A stretch of 64,000 bases of DNA from Chiloscyllium plagiosum. Taxonomy: Eukaryota. The stretch is taken from contig NC_057730.1 of assembly GCF_004010195.1 (NCBI RefSeq), positions 46,985,065 to 47,049,064 of the forward strand. Direction: 5' to 3'. A program made the translations under genes and the position numbers. Under the pieces are notes generated by a model, which saw nothing but the letters and a program-made list of their open reading frames with translations, had not been told where the DNA came from and did no database searches. Positions 55,246 to 64,000 of this stretch are shown piece by piece. Each line of letters opens with the position of its first letter. The first letter of the stretch is position 1.

Positions 55246-56040
55246 ATTTAGTATATTGACAATCTTAAAAGCCAATGACACAATCTGATGCTTTGGGGTA
55301 TAAGACCGGGGAAAATTGACCAGTTGGGAGGAGAACTGCCAATAAAAGCTAACACACCGTATGCCTTCTTATTACAAAGGTGTAGAAGTGTACTATAACT
55401 TTAAGAGAGTGAAGGACTTGGCAAGCAGACCGAGTGCTGGAGCATTTACAAAGTAACATTTGGTTCAGAACAGATACCACTGACTGAGGTGCGATGAGAC
55501 AAAAAAAAATTCTAATTCAGCCAATCAGTTTAAATTATACCTCGAAAATACCAAATCCCAATCAAGTTTGAATTTAGTATATTGACAATCTTAAAAGCCA
55601 ATGACACAATCTGATGCTTTGGGGTATAAGACCGGGGAAAATTGACCAGTTGGGAGGAGAACTGCCAAGCCAGCATCTGCAAACTGCCCAGAGAATTGCT
55701 CTTTATCGATCAGTAATCAGTGAAGCAGAGTCCCCATGAAGTAGAAAAGAAGACAGGAATACAGAGAAGAATCAAAAGCAGCCTGGTTTTGAGATAAGAA
55801 GTTTTGTTTTGTCAATCTTAATTAGGAGTTTTATCGGACTAGTATTATGGAAGGAAAGGTAAAAGATAGGTTAGAGGAAGGAGTTGTAAACAGTTGTTAG
55901 TTAATTATTCTCTGTTATACCTTAAGAAATAAAGTAGTTACTTTTACTTTAATTAGTTCTTGACCTCATGAAGTTTCAGAGATTATTGCACAGGAAATAT
56001 CTGTTTTAAATTAGCAGAGGGTTTACCCCATGTCAGAACA
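55244..56040 (+). mobile_element. LTR-like element with a 99-bp perfect direct repeat
   Basis: CCAAT boxes, TATAA, downstream AATAAA (~55928), CA terminus at 56040; 55244-55342 is identical to 55570-55668. Confidence 0.6.
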
Positions 56041-56965
56041 CTTCTTAACAATCCTATCAACCTGAGTGGAGTGTGTGGTGCTGGAAAAGCACAGCAGATC
56101 AGGCAGCATCTGAGGCAGGAGAATTGGCATTTTGGACATAAACCCTTCATCGGGAAGAAGGGCTTATGCCCGTAACTTTGATTCTCCTGCGGCTTGGATG
56201 CTGCCTGACCTGCTGTGCTTTTTTAGCACCACACTCTCGACCGTGATCTCCAGCATCTGCAGTCCTCACTTTCTACTATCAACTTGGGTGGCATCTTTCA
56301 GGAATCTATGTAAATGGACACTGAGATCTCTCTGCTCATCCACACTACGAAAAATCTTAACCATTAGTCCAGTACTCTTTATTCCTGTTATTCCTCCCAA
56401 AGTGAATCACCTCACACTTTTCCGCATTAATCTCCATTTGCCACCTCTCAGCCCAGTTCTGCAGCTTATCTATATCCCTCTGTAACCTGCAACATCCTTC
56501 AGCACTATCCACAATTCGATCAACCTTAGTGTCATCTACAAATTTACTAACCCATCCTTCTACACCCTCATCTAGGTCATATATAAAAATGACAAACAGC
56601 AGTGGCCCCAAAACTGATCATTGTAGTACACCACTGCTAACTGAAATCCAGGATGAACATTTCCCATCAACCACCACCCTCTGTTTTCTTTCAGCTCACC
56701 AACTTCTGATCAAAACCACTAAATCACCTTCAATCCAATGCCTCCATATTTTGTGCAATCGCTTACCGAGGGGAACCTTATAAAATGCCTTACTGAAATC
56801 CATATACACGATATCAACTGCTTACCCTCATCCACCTGTTTGGTCACCATCTCAAAGAACTCAATAAAGTTTGTGAGGCATGACCAACTCTTCACAAAAC
56901 TGTGTGACTGTCCCTAATCAGCTTATTCCTCTCTAGATATTTACAAGTCCTATCTCTTATGAGCA
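56041..56965 (-). mobile_element. CR1 LINE fragment carrying a nested palindromic insertion
   Basis: [32 protein letters not shown] remnant. Confidence 0.9.
56070..56275. repeat. Palindromic Penelope-like terminal repeat with a 16-bp TSD
   Basis: Arms gtgtggtgctggaaaagcacagcagatcaggcagcatc / gatgctgcctgacctgctgtgcttttttagcaccacac. Flanked by ctatcaacctgagtgg (56054-56069) and ctatcaacttgggtgg (56276-56291). Confidence 0.75.
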
Positions 56966-57446
56966 TTTGCTTTGTTCCTAACCTTTTGTTCCCACTCTTC
57001 TCCCCAGAATGACCTCTGAATCATTGTCAGCATCCCAGAAGGAAAAGGCAATAAAACTGGTGAATGAGACATACTGGTCTCACTCATCTTGTACATTTCC
57101 AAATGGAGGACCAGTACCAATATTACTGGTTTCTTACTGGTTTTCCCCTCTAGTAAGTCATCTGATAATTTATTTTATATCTGCACAAGATGCCCATGGA
57201 TTTACAACAGCTGCTGACAGCATACACAAGAAGTATTAATAAGGCCTGAGGACTGAGGGGAGCTTGGGACAGCTTAAGCCTTGTAGTTAGATATGGTTTT
57301 GTGAAGGGTAGGTCGTCCCTCACAAACTTTATTGAGTTCTTTGAGTGGTGACCAAACAGATGGATGCGGGTAAAGCAGTTGATGTGATGTACATGGATTT
57401 CAGTAAAGCATTTGATAAGGTTCCCCACTGTAGTCTATCGATATGT

Positions 57447-57800
57447 AGGGCGGTATTGTAGCTCAGTAGTTAGCACTGTTGCCTCACACTGCAAGAAGCC
57501 TGATTCAATTTCACCCTTGGGTGACTGTCTGTGTGGAATTTGCACATTCCCCCTGTGTCTGTGTGGGTTTCCTGTAGGTGCTCCGGTTTCCTCCCACTGT
57601 CCCAGGAAGTGGAGGTTAGGTGGATTGTCCATGAGAAATTGCCCGGCGTGTCCAGTGATGCCAAGACTAGGTGGATTACCCATGGGAAATTCTGGATTAC
57701 AAGATAGGGTGGGGTGCGGGGGATGGGGGTCTGGGTGGGATGCTCTTCAGAGGGTTGATGTGAATTCGATGGGCCCAATGACCTGTTGGAATTCTATGAT
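57447..57800 (+). mobile_element. HE1-type SINE (older), preceded by a CR1 fragment at 57290-57430
   Basis: tRNA-like head, HE1 core and tail. Confidence 0.85.
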
Positions 57801-60800
57801 ATTGCTGATTATCAACCCAAAATCAGGCTGCTACCCAACACCAGCAGCTAGTCTCTAAGCAATCAATTTTTATTTTCCAGTATCAAGTTGTGCCGAATTA
57901 TCATAAAATAAAGATGTTGCGGCTGTTGGTGGGAAAGAAGGAGTCCGCGTGTGGAAAATGATTGATTACCTGCATATAGAAAAAATCCTTTGTGTTCACA
58001 GAATTTGACGTCTTGACAAGGACATGCAGAACAACATATGCAACTGATGACATCCTGCACAAATCTGGGCAATAACAAAGTCCTTTACTCTTCTTTGCTG
58101 TTTCCATTGGGAAAATAGTGAAGTTGTTTTTGAAGAGAGACATCAGTGATTTGCTTCATCAAATGCCAACTCAAAACTGGCCAGTGTTACTGATGTCCCA
58201 CTGACATCCTGGAAGGAGGGTGAGGTGTAAAAGTCATGACCTTTTATATCGAAAAGAAATGCAGCCCCTGCGCTGGAGATTGTTTGCATATTATCTGGCG
58301 ATGCTGCGTACAGCAGAGTTGTATTGCCTTTTCCATAAACCCACAAGCATGTACCCTGGCCTGTATACTCAGTTGGAAAGGTAATTGGAGCCGTCCTTTT
58401 ACTACTCACCATCCCTTAAACTTCATCTTTATAGTCTTCCACCTCCACATCCTGCTATGCACTAAACAAAGAGGGCTTCCCATAAGTGGTAGGAAGTGTT
58501 GGAAGAGATGAAAAGCCTTTAAAAATGGAGTCACTTCCTCTAAAACAGCACCTCGCACAAAGTAAAGAATATTCATTGAGTCAGACAATCATAGAGCACG
58601 GAAACATTCCCTTTGGTCCAACTGGTCTACACCGAACATAATCCCAAACTAAACTAGTCCCAACTGTCTGTTTCTGACTGATATCCCTCCAAACATTAAA
58701 GAAGAAGCAAGTTCCAAATGGTGAACACTTGCACATCCCTCTAAGAAAATGTTAATTCGAACAAAATACTTCTGGATCGATGGATGCCCAAGTTATCCAT
58801 CTGGGCAGGATAAAAGGTCAGGTTAATCACACTCAGCATCACAAAGTTGTGAAACTGTGAAAGTGGTGTAACATTTTTTTCAAATTAAAATGATTTTGAT
58901 GACTTATTTTTGACAGGAGTTTCTGCCCAGTCATGCCTCACCAGAAAATATCCTGCTGTGAACATTACCAAACTGTTGACTATTTCGTACATAATTTCAT
59001 TGCTTCTAAGCTTGTAGCTGACACATTAAGATGAGTAAAGTTTTCTCCATTAACCAAAAGAGCCATCCAGTGAAATAATTGCAGACTCATGGAAGCATTC
59101 AAGATAGGAACTAGACAGATTTCCATTTCTACTGAAGATTAAAGGAGGACAATGACGATAGTTTGAAAGATGCAGTGGGTTGAGTGTTTCATTGACAGGT
59201 ACCTCTAGGTTGATAAATGAGTTTTGTTTCAACAGGTCAACTCTCCTGCATGCAGGATTGAAGTGATTGAGAGTGGCTTGCGAGTCTGATGCAGACTGGG
59301 CAGCAACATTGCAGTCATTGCCTGAAGCCAACTCTAAAGCATTTTGGCAAAGCCTCTGCAAAATCAGCTGCGATGGACTGAACAGTGTTTGAAGAAATGC
59401 AGTTACTATTACTGTACAGACTGGCTTGCTGTAGTTCATTTCAGCTCCCCCCACCCACCAACAAGTGCTGTAAGTGCCGTTGTGTGCAGTCCGTTGCAGC
59501 CATTAAACATATAACTGAAAGATGGTTTCAGGAATGATGCAGCTGAAAATGTGTGGATTTTCAGAACTGGGAGACAGCCAACTACTGAAAGAAGCAGAAT
59601 GAAAGATAAGCAGCTGTCTGTGAAGTTGAATTTCTGAGTAAATCAAAATTGCTGTGCATTTTCCACTCCCGACAAATGCGGAAATGAAAGGAATGATCTA
59701 GACTGGATTCAAATTTATCCATTCAGTAGCAAATATATGAAATAGTCACAGGATTAATTTAAAAACCTGAGCATATTAGTGTAGCAACCCTTCCATCAGT
59801 GCTGGGGAAAGAGTGTTCCAAATTGTACTGCAGCAGGGGACACACCAAGGAGCTGAAAAGGCAACAGGAAAGATTTTGCAGACTTTGAAGACAATTTTGA
59901 ACTCTGCACTGATGTGACTCATGAATGGTATCAGCTTGAGTCTCTGAATGAGAACAGGTAAAGCTTTGCATTATGCTCAGTGACATTCCAGGCTGAATGA
60001 AATTGACATTATTAAAAAAAGAAAAATTATTTGCAGAAGAATGAGCAGAAACATGGGGTAGGATGAAAAGATTGCACAAGATATCACACAAAGGAAATGG
60101 GAGATACAGAGGTCTAACTGTAAAGCATTAAATCAATTGACAGAAAGGATTTCGCTTGAAATAAGCTAAATGAGCCAATAAAGATGGCTGCTAGAGAGAT
60201 GTCAGTTGATGAGTTCAACAAATCACTCTACACCATACAACAGTTTGGCATCATCAGGTCAAAAGATAATAAAAACAGCTGTTACAATGGAGGCCACAGA
60301 AGGAGAGTGTCAAGTAGCTGTAAAGTATAAGGTCGACATCAGTACTTTGTTCAATATAATTAGCTTCACAGACCAAGTGGCTCAAGATGGTAACCAGGAA
60401 TGAAGATCTTAAAAATGACCTTTAAGTTATCTGATGAAGCCAAGAGGTCAAATGGAGTTGAGGTCCAATGCAATCGGAATAAAGAAGACCTCGAATTCCA
60501 GATAGCAGACATTAAGCAAAATCCTCTCAATCCAGCTGAAGCAAGTCTAAAACTTGGATTAGTAGCCCTGAACATGTCAGAAGAGATTTAGGAACAGAAA
60601 CAGAAACAGGCGATTCAGCCCATTGAGCCTGCTCCAGTGTTCAGTATGGTCTTGGCTGATTGAATGCTTCAGTATTTTGGATGCTTGTTGGACTTCTCGA
60701 TCAATTCCGTCACAAATTGCGCCAAAGCCCATGTCACTCAGACCCTTGTAGGATTTCACCCTATGTAGGTAAAGCTTATGCAGAGACTGATGAAACCTGA

Positions 60801-61746
60801 CCAGAGTTAATACTGTTAACTGTGTTCTGTTCGTGGTGTCAAATGTAGATCATTGTGTGTTGGGTAACGTGTAAGATGTAACCGCAAATGATATTGCATG
60901 CAATGTTGTTTTGTTTTCTCATGTAAAGCGGGATGTTTGGAGAAATGCAGTTGCTCTTAGGGCTGGCTTGCTATTGTCATGTGACTTCTACCTTTGTTGG
61001 AAGCACCAATGTATGTGGTTTTTGGCTGCCTTAAACTCATATCATTTGAAATAGATAGTGTCTCGAAGGTTAAAATGCATCTTCCCTGGCAGATTCTATT
61101 TTCTCACCTATCAATGCATCAACATTCCGGAGGAAGCCAAAGAAAATTTGACAAGGATGCTCTGAATCTTTCTTTGAAGAGCAGAAGCTATGACTCAGAG
61201 CAGCTTGGTAGCATGTGTTCAAAATGGTGACAACTTGTCCGTCAAGCCACATTACCCAGAGGAGGAAACTAAAGGAAACAAATCCTGGACTGTAGATACC
61301 CCTGCCCTGTAGGTTGCACTGCTCCATGTCCAAAACATCTGCTTGAAAATCAGTCTCTTCAGTTCCATGAAGACCCATGACAAAAATTTGAGTTAACATC
61401 GTCATTCAATTGAGGGATGGCCAATGATATGGTTCAATCCTCCACACCTCATTCAATATACACACCTCTTCAATATCTGAAGATGGGTCACTGGACCCAA
61501 AATCTTAACTCTGATTTCTCACTACAGCTGTTGCCAGACCTGCTGAGCTTTTCCAGCAATTCTTGTTTCTATGTTAATCCTAAGTGAATTTATGTTTTGA
61601 CTGGTAGAGAAGTGAGACTATAGAGATCTAGTGCATTGTTCCCATTTCTATCATAATATAAGATGCAGGGCTTGAGGGCTGGCTGGTACAAAAGATTACC
61701 TGCACTGTTGCTGGAAACGAACACTTATTTCTGGAACATTTGAATA

Positions 61747-61961
61747 CAGATTGTTCTGCTATAATGTATGTTTCGTCAACACAAATTCACTGTCATGCGA
61801 TTGATGAATTGGGGATGCTGTTTCTCACGCAAACTTTTAAAACATGCATTGGCTGCAACGCGATTGCATCACCAACACTTTAAGTGCTTTTCGAAAGCAT
61901 GACTTTCTATAACGCAGGGTAGCACAAGAGCACAACCATCGCATTATAGAAGAACTGACTG
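61747..61961. mobile_element. Tc1/mariner-type MITE, 215 bp
   Basis: TA target duplications at 61745-46 and 61962-63; imperfect TIRs cagattgttctgctataatg / cattatagaagaactgactg. Confidence 0.8.
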
Positions 61962-62046
61962 TACCACAATGCCTGTGATGAGTGCACCTGTACTGACTAT
62001 CAGACATCAATACCCACCACCAGATAATTCATTATTCAGCAACCTT

Positions 62047-62333
62047 GGGCGGCATGGTGGCTCAGTGGTTAGCACTGCTGCCTCAGAGCGCCAGGGACCC
62101 GGGTTCAATTCCCACCTTTGGCAACTGTTTGCACATTCTCCGTGTGTGTGTGTGGGTTTCCTCCGGGTGCTCCGGTTTCCTCCCACAATCCAAAGATGTG
62201 CAGGTTAGGTGAATTAGCCATGCTAAATTGTCCATAGTGTTAGGTGTAGGGGAATTGGTCTGGGTGGGTTGCTCTTCGGAGGGTCGGTGTGGACTTGTTG
62301 GGCTGAAGGGCCTATTTCCACACTGTAGGGAAT
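62047..62333 (+). mobile_element. HE1-type SINE
   Basis: A/B boxes, core and tail as in the other copies. Confidence 0.92.
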
Positions 62334-64000
62334 CAGTACCAAAGCAACTGCATGAATCAACGTTGAGGATTGGTCTGTGCATCTTAAACTAAATTCTTGT
62401 TGGTTATTGTCAAAATTCTAACACACGCCTACAATGTCAGTTTGCAAAAGGTTTTCAGAACCCATCATGGAGCAGCATGAAAAGATACTATGTGGGTTTG
62501 TAGCTTTGATTTATTCTCCTACCTTGAGTTGCTAATTACAGTCAGATATGTGAGGAAGCAATTCTCCGTAGGGAAGCAGGGGAAACTTGAAGATGATTCA
62601 GTCCAAGTTCTGGTGCATCTCCTAGCAACTGGTCACAAAGCAGCATCAGCAGTGGCCCAGGAGCAGGTTGACGCCCTGCTCCCTCAGTCAGGGAATGGAG
62701 CATGGGGTGGAGGAACCTGCAGAGAAGCAAAACGTGTCTTCTCAAACAAATAATTAATGTATGATTAAGCGAGAGGCAAATTGTACTGATTTCAAAAACA
62801 AGCATTAGAAGCATAAACGCCAACATAAAAGGACTAAAAATTAATAAAAACTACACAAATTTTGCTTTACTTATGGCTACTACTATTTGCACATTCAGAG
62901 CAGTAATTCTGGCTCCTAACACATGAATCTTCTGTAAATATTAGACTCTCAGCTGATATACATGAAGGAATATGAGAATATGATGTTTTCAGACATCTTG
63001 TTTGGCCGAATCCACCAAGGAGATCGAATCGAAATTCATGCCTTTGGAATCTTTGAGATTGTGGGGACCAATTGCCTGAATATGTGCTTTACCTCTTCAA
63101 ACACATCAGCCATGAAAATCTTCAGAGCCCTGTGGTATGATCTGATCATTCCCTTCGCATCGGATTCTCTGGCCACTCCATACCTGCTCCTCTTTCTCCA
63201 CTGCAACTTTCCAATAAAATGCACTCTGAGAAACACCATGTAAAACTGCTGCACCGAGAGAATACAGTGAAAGGAGTGAGGGGGTGCAGTACCTGTGATG
63301 CTCCTTGAGGGAAAATGGCCGACAGAGAGAAAAAAAAATCTGCAGGTAGTGATATAATAATGACCCACTGACATCACAAAACAATTTTAACTACATCTCT
63401 GAGGCACCAAAACCCTCCCCTGAACAGCAAACGAGGTGTAGGTGAGTAAATACCTGCACAGGTAGGCTTGACTGACTGTGGAACAGCAAAATCAAATGTG
63501 AGTCACGATCATCTCAGTTTTATCCAGCTATTTAGCATGACTGACAGATTACTGGCCATCCAACCTAGCTGTGTGAGAGGTGTCAGCTAACTGGATGGAA
63601 TTGAAATGTGTATTTGTGTTAAGGATTCAAGATTGTGAGTTGAGAAGGCTTTGTGCTGTCATTCTACCTTTGTGATGTCAAATACATGGAATTGCTTCCA
63701 CTTCCAAGGCTGGTTTGTAGAGAATTTGGGTTGCTCGTGTCACAAGATGTATCTGCACACAAGCACAATGACAGACACCATGTCCCAGATGTCAGGGAAC
63801 TATGTCATCTTTGTATATGGGATGTGCTTGTGAGGCCATACCTTAGAGCAACGCCACTTTCCTGGGCCAAAGAAACCTTTATGTAAAATGTCAACTTTGT
63901 AATGAGGTGTTAGCAAACACAATGAAAATTCTCAATGCAATCCTGGCCAAATATCTTTGATCGATGCAGGTACAGTTACAACATTTAAAAAACATTTGGA

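Noticed and set aside
62950-63377. Minus ORF with downstream HHILIFLH resembling the Helitron Rep HUH motif
   Set aside because: The EFQxRG element is absent, spacing is wrong and stops intervene; the resemblance is too weak to call.

Overview
Eukaryotic, repeat-rich genomic DNA from a cartilaginous fish (shark, judged by HE1-type tRNA-derived SINEs and HER1/CR1 LINEs). The only protein-coding gene I can support is the 5' end of USP7 (ubiquitin-specific protease 7/HAUSP) on the minus strand. It has a CpG-island promoter at ~35.2-36.7 kb, coding exon 1 at 35748-35676, a 27-kb intron 1 and the 105-nt exon 2 at 8718-8614; exon 3 lies left of the window. Intron 2 holds two unannotated-looking cassette exons with good splice signals that carry in-frame stops (candidate NMD 'poison' exons, 2729-2616 and 7826-7730). 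Intron 1 holds a possible 18-nt in-frame microexon. The rest is mostly decayed CR1 LINEs, SINEs, degenerate Penelope-type hammerhead-like repeats, LTR-like sequence and a Tc1/mariner MITE, plus one 862-N gap. Most ORFs in the supplied track are LINE remnants or noise. Repeat boundaries are approximate and family names come from recall, not a database search.
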